A stretch of DNA of 64,000 nucleotides from Candidatus Melainabacteria bacterium 17Bon1m (GTDB lineage Bacteria; Cyanobacteriota; Vampirovibrionia; Obscuribacterales; Obscuribacteraceae): contig JAVLKG010000002.1 of assembly GCA_032128875.1 (NCBI GenBank), forward strand, positions 576,001 through 640,000, written 5' to 3'. The translations under genes and the position numbers were made by a program. The notes below the pieces were generated by a model. That model saw only the letters and a program-made list of their open reading frames with translations. It had not been told where the DNA came from and did not search any database. This document shows positions 1 to 10,313 of this stretch, one piece after another (position 1 is the first letter of the stretch; the number at the start of each line of letters is the position of its first letter).

Positions 1-843
1 ACCGTCTGGTCCAAAATATTCGCCGCCGGAGACGAGCTTGTCCGTTGCCGCCATTAACATCGGCTGCGCGCCTGCGCGTGCGTCTTGGCTGAAGAGAGGT
101 TCGAACATCGCGAAAAGAGCACGGACCCATGCCTTTGTGACCGCGTGAACTTGAAGTCCGGTGCGTGACCAGCCTGGGTGGGCTGCAACAGAAATCGTTC
201 TAGAGTTTGCTTTATCCAAGCGGCGTTGCAGCTCGTATGCGAAAAGGAGATTGGCAATTTTTGATTGAGCGTATGCCAAATTTGCGATATAGAGTTTTTT
301 GCTCTGGAGATCATCGAAATTGATTCTGCCGCGCAAGTGCGCGGTGCTGCTTAGTGTAACGACTCGAGAACCGGCAGTCGCCATCAGGTTGGGCAGGATA
401 AGACCTGTAAAGGCAAAATGCCCAAGGTGATTTGTGCCGAACTGTAATTCGAAACCATCTTCTGTAATTGTGTATGGTGGCACCATCACGCCGGCATTGT
501 TTATGAGTACGTCAATGTTTGGAAATTCTGAACGCAGTTTGTCCGCGCATTCATGTACTGACTTGAGAGAGCTTAGGTCGAGCTTGATTGGAAAGATGTT
601 TTTATTACTGTGTTTAGCCTTTAGCTTTTCTGCGCACTCTTTGGTGCGTTCTAAACTTCTGCTCGCGAGGACAACAGTGGCACCGTGTTCAGCAAGAGCA
701 TCGGCTGACTCGAAACCAATGCCGTTGGTGGCACCGGTAATGACAAAGACTCGACCCGTTTGATCGCCAATCTTCGATTCGCACCATTCCTTTAGAATGT
801 TTCCAGACTTCGTCACTTTCGCTTCGCATGATTGTCCGGACAT
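1..843 (-). CDS. Short-chain dehydrogenase/reductase (retinol-DH-like SDR), 3' end runs off the window
   Basis: Not in the ORF track (no stop inside the window). Translated by hand from ATG at 843: VFVITGATNGIG (TGxxxGxG), LINNAGVM, GTNHLGHF, AYAQSK (YxxxK), VAAHPG. Confidence 0.9.
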   Translation of the reverse strand, partial: MSGQSCEAKVTKSGNILKEWCESKIGDQTGRVFVITGATNGIGFESADALAEHGATVVLASRSLERTKECAEKLKAKHSNKNIFPIKLDLSSLKSVHECADKLRSEFPNIDVLINNAGVMVPPYTITEDGFELQFGTNHLGHFAFTGLILPNLMATAGSRVVTLSSTAHLRGRINFDDLQSKKLYIANLAYAQSKIANLLFAYELQRRLDKANSRTISVAAHPGWSRTGLQVHAVTKAWVRALFAMFEPLFSQDARAGAQPMLMAATDKLVSGGEYFGPDG

Positions 844-1049
844 TGTTGAACCTCGGATCTGGATTGTATTGAAAGATTTGTCGTAACTGGACTTTGTGTG
901 ATCGCAGAGCACACTCATAGAATTTGAAATTTTAATGAAGAAGGCGACGCATTGCGCCGCCATATATCTTCTAGATTGCTGGTTTCATCGATGTCGTATT
1001 GTCCGAAATTAGGGCGCATGCAATGCGCCCCCACGAAAAACACCGAAGA

Positions 1050-2090
1050 TTACATCAAGCCCTTCATCACTTCGTCCAGGACTTCTTTGCCTGGTCTGAG
1101 TTGTTCGTTCGGAATGTTGACGATTGGTGTGTCGACAACATGCATAACGTCGGTGAAGTTCTCTTTCTTCTCGTCGATGTAGAGCAAGCCCGTGAGGAAT
1201 TGCTTCTCTTTGGCTGCTTGAGCGATCGTCTCAACTGCCAATGCTCTGTTGGTGGCATCGTAGTTGCGTTCGGTCTTCTTCAAGCGCAGGTGCGAACCGT
1301 CATGCAATTCGATGTCGGTGACAGTTCCTGGTTCGTAGTCGACTGTGATTTGCTCGTAGAACGGAATGTAGCCGAGCTCGTGGAGCGGCGTTTCCATTTC
1401 CTTTGCGTACTTGTAGCTCTTGGTCGAGCCTTCGTGGTTGTTGAAGGTGACGCATGGGCTGATGACGTCGAGGACGGCTGTTCCTTTGTGGGAAGCAGCG
1501 GCTTTGAGCAAAGCGACCAATTGTTTGGGGTCGCCTGCGAAAGAGCGAGCAACGAATCCGCAGCCGAGCTCAATGGCAAGTCCGCAAAGATCGATAGGCG
1601 GAAGTTCGTTCAACACACCGGTCTTCAGCTTGGAGCCGAGGTCAGCGGTGGCAGAGAATTGTCCTTTTGTAAGACCATAAACGCCGTTGTTTTCGACGAT
1701 GTAAATCATCGGCACGTTACGTCTGACCAGGTGGCAGAACTGACCAAGACCGATCGATGCGGTGTCGCCGTCGCCGGAGACGCCGATGAGGCGGAGGTCT
1801 TTGTTTGCCAGGCTGACGCCTGTGGCGACCGACGGCATTCTTCCGTGCGTGGAGTTGAATCCGTGAGCGCGGTTCAAGAAATAAGCCGGTGTCTTACTGG
1901 AGCAGCCGATACCACTCAGTTTTGCAACGTTGTGGGGCTCAATGCCCAGTTCGTAAAACGCCTTGATGATCTGACTTGTTATAGCGTCGTGTCCGCAGCC
2001 GTCGCAGAGAGTGGAAGGGCTACCTTTGTAGTCCGCCAAGGTCAGACCGATGCGGTTTGTGCTTTGGGGTTTGGGTGTAGATGCAACCAT
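1050..2090 (-). CDS. korB: 2-oxoacid:ferredoxin oxidoreductase beta subunit
   Basis: CDGCGH, SGIGCS, TPP motif GDGD...NN, ISPCVTFN; directly follows the alpha subunit. Substrate not determinable. Confidence 0.92.
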   Translation of the reverse strand: MVASTPKPQSTNRIGLTLADYKGSPSTLCDGCGHDAITSQIIKAFYELGIEPHNVAKLSGIGCSSKTPAYFLNRAHGFNSTHGRMPSVATGVSLANKDLRLIGVSGDGDTASIGLGQFCHLVRRNVPMIYIVENNGVYGLTKGQFSATADLGSKLKTGVLNELPPIDLCGLAIELGCGFVARSFAGDPKQLVALLKAAASHKGTAVLDVISPCVTFNNHEGSTKSYKYAKEMETPLHELGYIPFYEQITVDYEPGTVTDIELHDGSHLRLKKTERNYDATNRALAVETIAQAAKEKQFLTGLLYIDEKKENFTDVMHVVDTPIVNIPNEQLRPGKEVLDEVMKGLM

Positions 2091-2095
2091 GTCTC

Positions 2096-3919
2096 TTACT
2101 TCTCCTGGCTTTGGATGGAGTCGGTGACGAAACGAGCGTCAAGCGGCAAGCCATCGTAATGTCTGATAGAACGAATCTTCGTTGCGAGTTCCGGATATTC
2201 GGAAACGATGATGTCTTTCAACTGACCATCGCGGTTTTGCTCGACGATGTAGGTGCGTTCGTGCGATTCGATGAATGCTTTTACGTCGTCGGTAAGCGGC
2301 AATGCTCTCAAGCGCAGGTAGCTGGTTTCAACATTTGCTGCTTTGAGTTGATCGCGCGACTCGCCGATTGCCGGATCTGAAGAACCGAATGCAATGATGC
2401 CCAGTTTTGCTTTGGCATTCTTGTCGATGATTGGTTGCGGGATGTGTTTCTTAGCCGTTTCCAATTTCTTGAGCAAGCGATCCATGAGCTTGACATAGTC
2501 ATCAGGACGCTCTGTGTATCCGGCTTTTTCGTTGTGACCGGAGCCACGAGTGAAGTAAGCTGCGTTCGGATGATTGGTGCCGGGCAAGGTGCGGAAAGGA
2601 ATTCCGTCACCGTCGACATCTTTATAGCGAGCAAATTCTTTGCCTGCCTCCAGCATCTCGGCGGTCATGATTTTGCCTCTGTCCATCGGAGTCTTCGGGT
2701 ATTCGAAGGGATCCGACATCCAGTTGTTCATGCCGAGATCGAGATCGGAAAGAACGAAAACAGGTTGTTGGAAGCGCTCTGCAAGGTCGAACGCATCGTG
2801 TGCGAATTGATAGCACTCTGCTACAGAGCCAGGCAGCATCACGAGATGTTTGGTGTCGCCGTGCGAGAGGTAGTAGGCGCTGATCAAATCAGCTTGCGAT
2901 GTTCTTGTCGGCATACCGGTTGAAGGACCGACACGCTGAACGTCGAAGATGACGACCGGGATTTCAGTGAAATATCCGTAGCCTGCGAATTCAGCCATCA
3001 GCGAGATGCCGGGACCGGAAGTGGAGGTCATAGCGCGAGCGCCAGCCCAACCTGCTCCCAGAGCCATACCGATTGCAGCCAATTCATCTTCTGCTTGAAC
3101 AATATTGAAGGTTGCTTTACCTGATTCTTTGTCGACACGATATTTCTTCATGTAGTCGATCAGTGATTCGGTCAAGCTGGACGACGGAGTGATCGGGTAC
3201 CAGGCAGCAACCTGAATACCAGCGAACATGCAACCGAGAGCAGATGCGGCGTTGCCATCGATAATTATCTTGCCGGCGGTCTTGTCCATTTTTTCAACGT
3301 AGAAAGGATCATCTTTTTTGATGTTCTCTTTCGCCCATTCACGACCGGTGTCGGATGCCTTGATGTTCAAGTCGGCAGCAGACTGCTTTTTCTTGAACTG
3401 GCGGCGAATGGCATTCTCGATTTCGGATTGTTCGATATTGAGAAGTTCAGCTACAACGCCTACATAAATCATGTTGGTGACGAGCTTTCTCAACTTGATG
3501 TTTTCTGTTGCTTTGGCAGCCAGCTCAGTGAATGGCACTGGGTAGTGCTTTACGTCGGAGCGTACGGCAGTCAAATTCAATTCTTGCGGGCTGACGCATA
3601 CGGCGCCCGGCTTGAGATTTTTGACGTCTTCCATGGCGGTTTGTGGATTCATCGCCACGAGAATGTCGATTTCTTTCTTTCTGGCAATATAGCCATCTTT
3701 GTTTACGCGGATGGTAAACCATGTCGGCAAGCCGGCAATATTCGACGGAAACAGGTTCTTGCCACTGACCGGGATGCCCATCTGGAAGATGGAGCGCATC
3801 AGCACGGAATTCGAAGATTGGCTTCCAGAACCGTTTACAGTTGCAACTTCAATTGAGAAGTCGTTAACAATTCGCCCGCTCTCTACTTTCTGAGCGGCGT
3901 TCGCTTCAAGTGTTTTCAC
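2096..3919 (-). CDS. korA: 2-oxoacid:ferredoxin oxidoreductase alpha subunit (gamma-alpha fusion)
   Basis: NGSGSQS N-terminal motif, YPITPSS, EDELAA, TSGPG, QRVGPSTGMPT. Confidence 0.92.
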   Translation of the reverse strand: MKTLEANAAQKVESGRIVNDFSIEVATVNGSGSQSSNSVLMRSIFQMGIPVSGKNLFPSNIAGLPTWFTIRVNKDGYIARKKEIDILVAMNPQTAMEDVKNLKPGAVCVSPQELNLTAVRSDVKHYPVPFTELAAKATENIKLRKLVTNMIYVGVVAELLNIEQSEIENAIRRQFKKKQSAADLNIKASDTGREWAKENIKKDDPFYVEKMDKTAGKIIIDGNAASALGCMFAGIQVAAWYPITPSSSLTESLIDYMKKYRVDKESGKATFNIVQAEDELAAIGMALGAGWAGARAMTSTSGPGISLMAEFAGYGYFTEIPVVIFDVQRVGPSTGMPTRTSQADLISAYYLSHGDTKHLVMLPGSVAECYQFAHDAFDLAERFQQPVFVLSDLDLGMNNWMSDPFEYPKTPMDRGKIMTAEMLEAGKEFARYKDVDGDGIPFRTLPGTNHPNAAYFTRGSGHNEKAGYTERPDDYVKLMDRLLKKLETAKKHIPQPIIDKNAKAKLGIIAFGSSDPAIGESRDQLKAANVETSYLRLRALPLTDDVKAFIESHERTYIVEQNRDGQLKDIIVSEYPELATKIRSIRHYDGLPLDARFVTDSIQSQEK

Positions 3920-4032
3920 CGTTTGAGTACCCTAAAAGGACGCAAATACAGTTGAAATTTTAACAACGGAAGCGCGCTGCCGGCTCGTTTCAAAAGGAAT
4001 CAATAAGAATCTATATATAGGACCTGACTAAG

Positions 4033-5757
4033 CTAAGAGTTTGAGGCAGCTCTTTCCTTGTCAAGCGCCTGCTGCTCAAAGTGTCCGTCAGAAACATGAA
4101 CATCTAAAAGGAAGGGACCCTGGGTTTCGAACATATGCTGCAAGGCCGGCTCCAGTTCGGACATCATGCTGATTTGACCGGCAGGAACCCTCATAGAAGT
4201 CGCCAGATCCCTGAAGGAGACCGGCGGATTGTCTAGTTGAACTCGAAGCGGGCTGCCCGGAGTCGAAAGCAATTGCAGGTTGTATGTGCTTCTTCCGAGG
4301 TTGTTGATGACGATGTATTTGGTATGCAGACCGTAATGAGCGGCTGTCCATAAGGCTTGAGGTGCAACCATAGCGCTCAAGTCCGAAGTCAATGCAATCA
4401 CCTGGTGGTCTGGACTCGCCCACTGGATGCCGAGACTGGCCCCTAAGCCGTAGCCTTGGACACCGGAATTCAGTGAGAAAAATGAAGAGCTGCTCTCTAA
4501 ATTGAGCACCTGTACCGGGTCGCAAAGGTCGTTGACGAGGTCGCTGACAATCACCGACTTCTGTGGCCTGACCGCATCGATCATGCGCAAAAGCCACAGC
4601 AGCGAAATTGGAGCATTTTGTCCAGGATAGGAAAGCTTCTCTTCCAGGTCCTGTTTGCGTTTTGAAACCCAGGCAATGGTGTTATGCGCCCGCCGTTTTG
4701 TCACATCTACCCATGAGTTATTCGATACCATCTGGATTTCGGCTCGAATTCTGGAAAGCGTTTCTCCGATATCAGCTACGGCCGCCAGGTGGCAAGGCAG
4801 TGTCTTACCGGCTAAACCTGGTTCTACGTTAATCTGAATCACCGAAGCATTTTGCGGAATCAGCGGTGGTTCGTGGACTTTTGCCGGTATACGCGTTTGC
4901 ATACCCAGGACCAAAATGACGTCAAACGGCGAAAGCAGCTGATTTGCCTGAGTTAGATCCAGTGGCAAAACTCCGCAGAATTGTGGATGCCTGTTCGGGA
5001 AGTTGACTCCTGTGGGCATCGGCTCGCAGAAAGCCGCGCATCCTAGCACTTCCACAAGGCTGACTGCTTCTTTTCGAGCGCGATATTGCGAAACTTCGTT
5101 GCCGAAAATGATGCAAGGATTTTGGGCTGAAACGAGCGCCTTGGCCGCTTTCTTGAGAAAGGCCGGATCGGCAGAGCCCAGAGGGCTTATCTGTGGCGGC
5201 ACAATTGCTTGTCCGGCCGAAGGTCTGAGCAGCAAGTTATGCGGAAGGCTGATTACAACTGGCCCCTTGGGCGGAGAATTTGCCTCATGAAAAGCTCGCC
5301 GGATCAATCTTGGAATCTCAGCGTGAGTTTTCAGTTCGCAAGCCCATTTTGCCAGAGGCTTTGCCATTTCAAGAAGATCGGCTGCAAGCGGAGGCTCGTC
5401 GGAAAGAATTTGAGAATCCTGCTGGTCTACAAGAACGACCAGAGGAACGCGTGCTTTGAGCGACGTATAAAGCGCCGTCTGAACACTGGCCATGCCAGGT
5501 GCAGCCAAAACAGCCATGACGCCCGGGCGTCCCGATGCTTGCGCATAACCAATGGCCATCGACCCCGCCACCTCGTCATGAAGAGCGGACAAGAAGTGAA
5601 TATCGGAGCGCATCTCGTAAGTCGCCGTGATTACGGGCGATTCGGCGGAAGCGAGCGAGCCGAATATAAAACGTGTTCCCTCAGCTTGAAGTTGATCAAG
5701 CAATAAATGACTTGCCAGGTGGTCGGACATCGAAAAACTCCGCGAGGTTGAGCACAT
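4033..5757 (-). CDS. Thiamine-diphosphate enzyme family protein (benzoylformate decarboxylase/acetolactate synthase-like), cofactor motifs degenerate; likely start ATG 5730
   Basis: GYAQASGRP, KGPVVISLP, QALWTAAHY...INN, GPFLLDV; GDG appears as SDL. Confidence 0.75.
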   Translation of the reverse strand: MCSTSRSFSMSDHLASHLLLDQLQAEGTRFIFGSLASAESPVITATYEMRSDIHFLSALHDEVAGSMAIGYAQASGRPGVMAVLAAPGMASVQTALYTSLKARVPLVVLVDQQDSQILSDEPPLAADLLEMAKPLAKWACELKTHAEIPRLIRRAFHEANSPPKGPVVISLPHNLLLRPSAGQAIVPPQISPLGSADPAFLKKAAKALVSAQNPCIIFGNEVSQYRARKEAVSLVEVLGCAAFCEPMPTGVNFPNRHPQFCGVLPLDLTQANQLLSPFDVILVLGMQTRIPAKVHEPPLIPQNASVIQINVEPGLAGKTLPCHLAAVADIGETLSRIRAEIQMVSNNSWVDVTKRRAHNTIAWVSKRKQDLEEKLSYPGQNAPISLLWLLRMIDAVRPQKSVIVSDLVNDLCDPVQVLNLESSSSFFSLNSGVQGYGLGASLGIQWASPDHQVIALTSDLSAMVAPQALWTAAHYGLHTKYIVINNLGRSTYNLQLLSTPGSPLRVQLDNPPVSFRDLATSMRVPAGQISMMSELEPALQHMFETQGPFLLDVHVSDGHFEQQALDKERAASNS

Positions 5758-5876
5758 TCAAGCCCTGTCATGGAAAACATACCCAGAGTGAGGGAAATTT
5801 GAGACACCCGAAAGGGTGACTATAAATCGTTTTCCACGAAAGCTTTAGATGCTTATTCAAAGTCACTTATAGTCGC

Positions 5877-7070
5877 CTAGAGGTGATCGAGCTCGACAAG
5901 CGGGCAGGGCGCGGTTAGATGGAGATCTGCTAGTTTGTCATCGAAGGGCAAAATCATTCCTCTTCCCCAGGAGCGATCGTAATAATTGAGCTGGCCCTTG
6001 TAACCAGTTGGCAAAATCTCATCCAATCCGCATTTTTTTATCAGCTGCTTGAGGTTGAAGCTGGGCGCAAAGTCGTTTGCCAAACCCTCCCAAGCCCTAA
6101 TTCTCATCAGCTTTTCCTTCAGTGCATGAACCAATAGACCTGCCCAAATTGGTTCGCGGAATTCTTGCGGTGCGACAATTTCCAATATGCGCAGCACGCC
6201 ACCTGCGCTTTCTGTGATCGCGTAGCCACCGGGCCTGCCATTCTCTGAAACTTTCGTGATGTTTAATGCCGGCCATGCCAAACGTGAGTGGCTGTGCAAA
6301 AACATTTCGCGCATCAGCTTATAGCTGAAATAATTGCGATCCCTAACGATGCCATACGGCTGTCTCGATAGCCACTGCATGTAGTGGCGTGCTGTAAAGT
6401 CGAGATGTTCAGGAAGAAGTTTTTCGTGAAGGAGCTCAAATGACTTGCCGTCAAGTGTGAGGTTTATTCGAGCGTTCTTTGGACTGTCAATCTTTGTACT
6501 GCCATTCTGTGTACTGCCATTTTGTGTCTCGTAATTCTGTGTATCGTAATTCTGTGCCCCGCCATCATTGAGATCTGCGCCACAGTCGTCTTCGCAGGAA
6601 ATATGTGAAGGAAACGCAGGTTTTCCTTTGAGGAACGGAAGGTGTATCAGTAGGTCGGCTGCTCCAATTTCTTCAAATCCGAAGCGCGCATAAAACTCGC
6701 AGTCGATATCGGAAAACAAAATCATTCCCTGATAGCTTTCGCTTTCAGCAAGCTCCGCTGCGGCTTCCATGAGTTCTGTTGCATAGCCCATGTGTCGGCA
6801 ATCGAGCTGAGTGTAAACAGCTCCAATGCCGGCTAACTTATAAGATAGTCCGCGCGCCTTCAGCTCAATAGTCGAAAATTTCATGCTTGAAACGATTTTG
6901 CCTTTTCGTTTCAGCGTAAAGTGTCTCAGGTTACGCCGCGCCCAAGGATGATTGGCTTGCTTGAACTGATATTCCAGATAATCTCGTCTGGACAGACCGG
7001 GCGACCAAATCTTGAATGTTTCTCGGAAAACCGGAAGCAGTGTTTGCCAGTCAGCGGGTTCAAGCTTCAT
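5877..7070 (-). CDS. GNAT family N-acetyltransferase
   Basis: GIGAVYT...RHMGYA (acetyl-CoA motif A), LFSDI...FYARFGF. Confidence 0.75.
   Translation of the reverse strand: MKLEPADWQTLLPVFRETFKIWSPGLSRRDYLEYQFKQANHPWARRNLRHFTLKRKGKIVSSMKFSTIELKARGLSYKLAGIGAVYTQLDCRHMGYATELMEAAAELAESESYQGMILFSDIDCEFYARFGFEEIGAADLLIHLPFLKGKPAFPSHISCEDDCGADLNDGGAQNYDTQNYETQNGSTQNGSTKIDSPKNARINLTLDGKSFELLHEKLLPEHLDFTARHYMQWLSRQPYGIVRDRNYFSYKLMREMFLHSHSRLAWPALNITKVSENGRPGGYAITESAGGVLRILEIVAPQEFREPIWAGLLVHALKEKLMRIRAWEGLANDFAPSFNLKQLIKKCGLDEILPTGYKGQLNYYDRSWGRGMILPFDDKLADLHLTAPCPLVELDHL
6495..6554. repeat. 4 x 15-bp in-frame imperfect tandem repeat inside the GNAT gene
   Basis: tgtactgccattctg / tgtactgccattttg / tgtctcgtaattctg / tgtatcgtaattctg; encodes QNYDT-QNYET-QNGST-QNGST. 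Confidence 0.85.
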
Positions 7071-7230
7071 TTTTGCTCAGCTGCAATTTCCTTTACTGAT
7101 TTTACTCATGATTTGTATTGCAGCGTGTTCGGATTTCATCGCTGCCCCTAATGACAAGTGTTTGAAGTGGAAGCGGTGCCGTACAATTATTGATTCGTCT
7201 AAGTATTGGATTCGTCCGTAAGGCAGTTAG

Positions 7231-8616
7231 ATGTCCGGCTCCGTTTCAAACAACGGCTGCGCCAGTAAGGGCGGCGCCTTGACTGTGTATCTGGGTCATA
7301 TTGTTGACCCGATAGACGAAGACAACTATCGTGACATCCCTGAAGGCGCTTTGGTCGTTTCTTCAGATGGTCGGATTGAGGCTGTTGGCAACTGGTCCGA
7401 GCTTGAAAGCCAATATTCTGCAAATGCTGGAATCAATGCGCGAATACTTAATTGCGGGCAGAAGCTGATAATGCCGGGCATGATCGACATGCACATTCAT
7501 TTGCCGCAAGTAACGCAAATTGGCAAATCCGGAGACACTCTTCTCAGTTGGTTGGAGAAGTACATTTTTCCTGCTGAGTCGAGGTTTAGTGATCTTAGTT
7601 ATGCAGAAAAAATTGCCGCCTGGTTTTTTGATCAGTTAGCATGCAACGGCACCACGCTTGCCGTTGTCTTTGCCACTATTCATAAAGAAGCGACTGATGC
7701 CGCGTTTTCAATTGCGGCCGCTAAGGGCATGCGCGCCATCATGGGCAAAGTTATGATGGATAGAAACGCGCCTGCAGCCTTACTTGAGGACCGTAAAAAT
7801 TCCATCAGCGATTCGGAAAATCTAGCTGCTAAGTGGCATGGTCACGACGATGGCAGATTGCTTTATGCGTTCACGCCTCGCTTTGCAATCACGGCTACTG
7901 ATGAACTTTTAAAAGAATGCGGAAGGCTCTGGCAGAGCAATCCGGGTACTTACATGCACACCCATCTTTCGGAGTCTATCGAAGAAGTTAAAAAGGTATC
8001 TTCACTATTTCCGGACTCTAGAAGTTATCTGGATGTTTACGATCGTAGCGGATTATGCGGTTCTCGATCTATTTTTGCGCATTCCATTCATTTGGATGAT
8101 GAGAATTTGAACCTATTGCATAGAAAGAAATGCGCACTTGCTCATTGTCCTTCATCGAATTTCTTTCTCAAAAGCGGAATTTTTCCAATAGAAAGAGTCA
8201 AAGCGGCAGGTGTTCAATTCGGCTTGGGATCAGACGTTGCAGCCGGTCCGCAAATGTCGATATTCGGTGTGATGAAGGATGCTAACTTCATTCAGCCTCA
8301 GATTTGGATTTCACCTCGCGAACTTTTCTATAGAGCAACAAGAGGTGGAGCAAAAGCATTGCAGTTGGATGATCGGCTTGGTTCTCTCGAAGCCGGCAAA
8401 GATGCCGATTTCATAATCGTGGATCCAACATTGAAAAATGCGTGTCCGAGGGACATTCTCGAGCATGAAACCGACGATATCCTTTCGACGCTTGTTTTCT
8501 TGGGTGACGATAGAATGATCGACGCTACCTATATAAGGGGGCGACAGGTGTTTAAGAGAGAGGAAGAGGCGAACGAGAGTTCTGAACTACACAAAGTCAG
8601 GGGTGGCAAACAATGA
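7231..8616 (+). CDS. guaD: Guanine deaminase
   Basis: PGMIDMHIHLPQ (HxH), WLEKYIFPAE, TPRFA, HTHLSES, HCPSSN, GSDVAAG; overlaps hpt by 4 bp. Confidence 0.9.
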   Translation: MSGSVSNNGCASKGGALTVYLGHIVDPIDEDNYRDIPEGALVVSSDGRIEAVGNWSELESQYSANAGINARILNCGQKLIMPGMIDMHIHLPQVTQIGKSGDTLLSWLEKYIFPAESRFSDLSYAEKIAAWFFDQLACNGTTLAVVFATIHKEATDAAFSIAAAKGMRAIMGKVMMDRNAPAALLEDRKNSISDSENLAAKWHGHDDGRLLYAFTPRFAITATDELLKECGRLWQSNPGTYMHTHLSESIEEVKKVSSLFPDSRSYLDVYDRSGLCGSRSIFAHSIHLDDENLNLLHRKKCALAHCPSSNFFLKSGIFPIERVKAAGVQFGLGSDVAAGPQMSIFGVMKDANFIQPQIWISPRELFYRATRGGAKALQLDDRLGSLEAGKDADFIIVDPTLKNACPRDILEHETDDILSTLVFLGDDRMIDATYIRGRQVFKREEEANESSELHKVRGGKQ

Positions 8617-9170
8617 CTACGGAAACGGCAACGGCGGGAATCAAAGAAATCTATTCTGCCGAGACGATAAAAGCTCGTATTAAAGAGCTCGGTAAGGAAA
8701 TCAGCAACGACTTTCGCACTCTGGAAAAGCCAGTCGTAATTGGCGTAATGAAGGGCGCCTTTTGCTTTCTAGCCGATCTTGTCCGGGAGATAAACATCGA
8801 ATCGCCTCTGCAAATTGAGTTTGTGCGGCTCTCCAGCTATGGTTCCGGCACGGAAAGCTCAGGAAATGTCCAGGCTCCTTATCTCGATTTGCCGAACATC
8901 AAGCGCCGCCACATCATCGTAGTCGAGGACATTATTGACTCAGGGCGGACTGCAAAGTTCTTTCTCGAGTATTTACGCGACCAGTTTGACCCCGCGACCC
9001 TCAAGTTAGCCGCGTTTTTGGATAAGCCATCACGACGCGTAGTCCCCATTGAGCCGGACTATACGGGTTTCCGGATTGAAGACCTGTTTGTCGTGGGCTA
9101 TGGCCTCGATTATGCAGAGAATTATCGCGAACTCCCCTTTTTGGGGGAGATGGGAAATGGCGAAGCGTGA
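8613..9170 (+). CDS. hpt: Hypoxanthine-guanine phosphoribosyltransferase
   Basis: VMKGA, LSSYG, VVEDIIDSGRT (PRPP loop), FVVGYGLDYAENYR. Confidence 0.93.
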   Translation: MTTETATAGIKEIYSAETIKARIKELGKEISNDFRTLEKPVVIGVMKGAFCFLADLVREINIESPLQIEFVRLSSYGSGTESSGNVQAPYLDLPNIKRRHIIVVEDIIDSGRTAKFFLEYLRDQFDPATLKLAAFLDKPSRRVVPIEPDYTGFRIEDLFVVGYGLDYAENYRELPFLGEMGNGEA

Positions 9171-9264
9171 GATACTGAAAGAGTCGGTAGCGTAGGCTTG
9201 CCTTAATTCGCCAGCCTGTTATTCTCTTAAACAGGGATTGTGCCGACTTTAAGGAGTCACGGCC

Positions 9265-9723
9265 GTGGATTCGACCGAAAAAACTGTCGATAAGAAGAGC
9301 GAAAGCCCTATGTGGGACAAAGCTGCGTCCTTGCTCATGGTGACGGCGGCTGCTTTATTGATTGGCAATGTAGCGGTTCTCTGGCTGGCTAGTGCCTATA
9401 ACGAAAAGGCTTGTCTGGCTGCAGTCTACGAGGCCGGCAAGGCTTGTCTGGCCGGTCACGATCAAAGACGCATAATGCGCGCTGCCTACCTGGGATTGTC
9501 GCAGTCCCCAAATGGACTGTTCTTTATAGAGCACCCCCACTTCACTGAATATCATTGTGAAGAGGTTCAAGGCGGCAAAAAGCTGACCATCCAAACATCC
9601 ACATTTGTAAGATTGCCGGCTCCCATGCTTGTAGTCATGTCAAAAGACAATATTTCGGATGACGGACGCCTGGCAATTCACAAACGCTATCAACTCGACA
9701 TTCCAGACAGCGCACAAAACTAG
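9265..9723 (+). CDS. Hypothetical single-TM protein (possibly TadE/TadG-like)
   Basis: 152-aa ORF with aaggag RBS and an N-terminal hydrophobic helix followed by an Ala-rich helix; family guess weak. Confidence 0.5.
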   Translation: MDSTEKTVDKKSESPMWDKAASLLMVTAAALLIGNVAVLWLASAYNEKACLAAVYEAGKACLAGHDQRRIMRAAYLGLSQSPNGLFFIEHPHFTEYHCEEVQGGKKLTIQTSTFVRLPAPMLVVMSKDNISDDGRLAIHKRYQLDIPDSAQN

Positions 9724-9779
9724 AATTTGTTAGAGAGCTTCTAGAAATCCACTTCAGACTTTTCAGGTCTTTGCGTTCT

Positions 9780-10226
9780 CTATGGTCTTGGTTTTTTGCT
9801 TTTCTTTTTGCAGTTAGCAGACTGCAGGATTACTTTGGTCTTGCCGTACTGAAATGAGCTGGAATATCCATCAATCCAGAATTCTATTGTTTTGATATTG
9901 TCGGAAGTGACACTTGGGTTCAAGCTTTTATTCAAGTCATTTCTATTTAGTGAAAGTGTTTTACCAAAGGCATTTGCTTTCACTTCTGCCACCTCAATTG
10001 GTTGAGGCCGTTTAGTATATTCGTCTCCCTTCATGTAAACACCGCAAGCCAGTCGCTGAATAACCCCCTTGCTTGCAAGACGGGACAAAGCAACGTCAAT
10101 TGTTTTTCTCTTGCCACAATCTAGTATCTCTGTGATGGTAAACATCTTGCCATCGTTCAGAGAATTTATAAATCGACGCAGGCGCGCTGCAGTGCTCATT
10201 GTCCAACCTCTTCTAAACAGTCTCAA
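9780..10226 (-). CDS. AbiEi-like / DUF6088 winged-helix protein (type IV antitoxin-like), orphan; likely start ATG 10199
   Basis: FTITEIL...RKTIDVALSRLASKGVIQRLACGVY matches the AbiEi N-terminal wHTH pattern; agaagagg RBS before MSTAARL. Confidence 0.7.
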   Translation of the reverse strand: MRLFRRGWTMSTAARLRRFINSLNDGKMFTITEILDCGKRKTIDVALSRLASKGVIQRLACGVYMKGDEYTKRPQPIEVAEVKANAFGKTLSLNRNDLNKSLNPSVTSDNIKTIEFWIDGYSSSFQYGKTKVILQSANCKKKSKKPRP

Positions 10227-10313
10227 TATAAGAGACGAGTTTCGCCTGCAAAAAGTTCAATACTCATAAATTCCATTTTTCCATCGACCATCGGTTGAAA
10301 TGCGTCTTTTAAA

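Noticed and set aside
54-763. ORF-track calls 54..314(-) and 434..763(+)
   Set aside because: Shadows of the real SDR gene at 1..843(-), which the track missed because it runs off the edge.
999-2159. 386-aa plus-strand ORF
   Set aside because: Antisense shadow of korB with no recognisable motifs.
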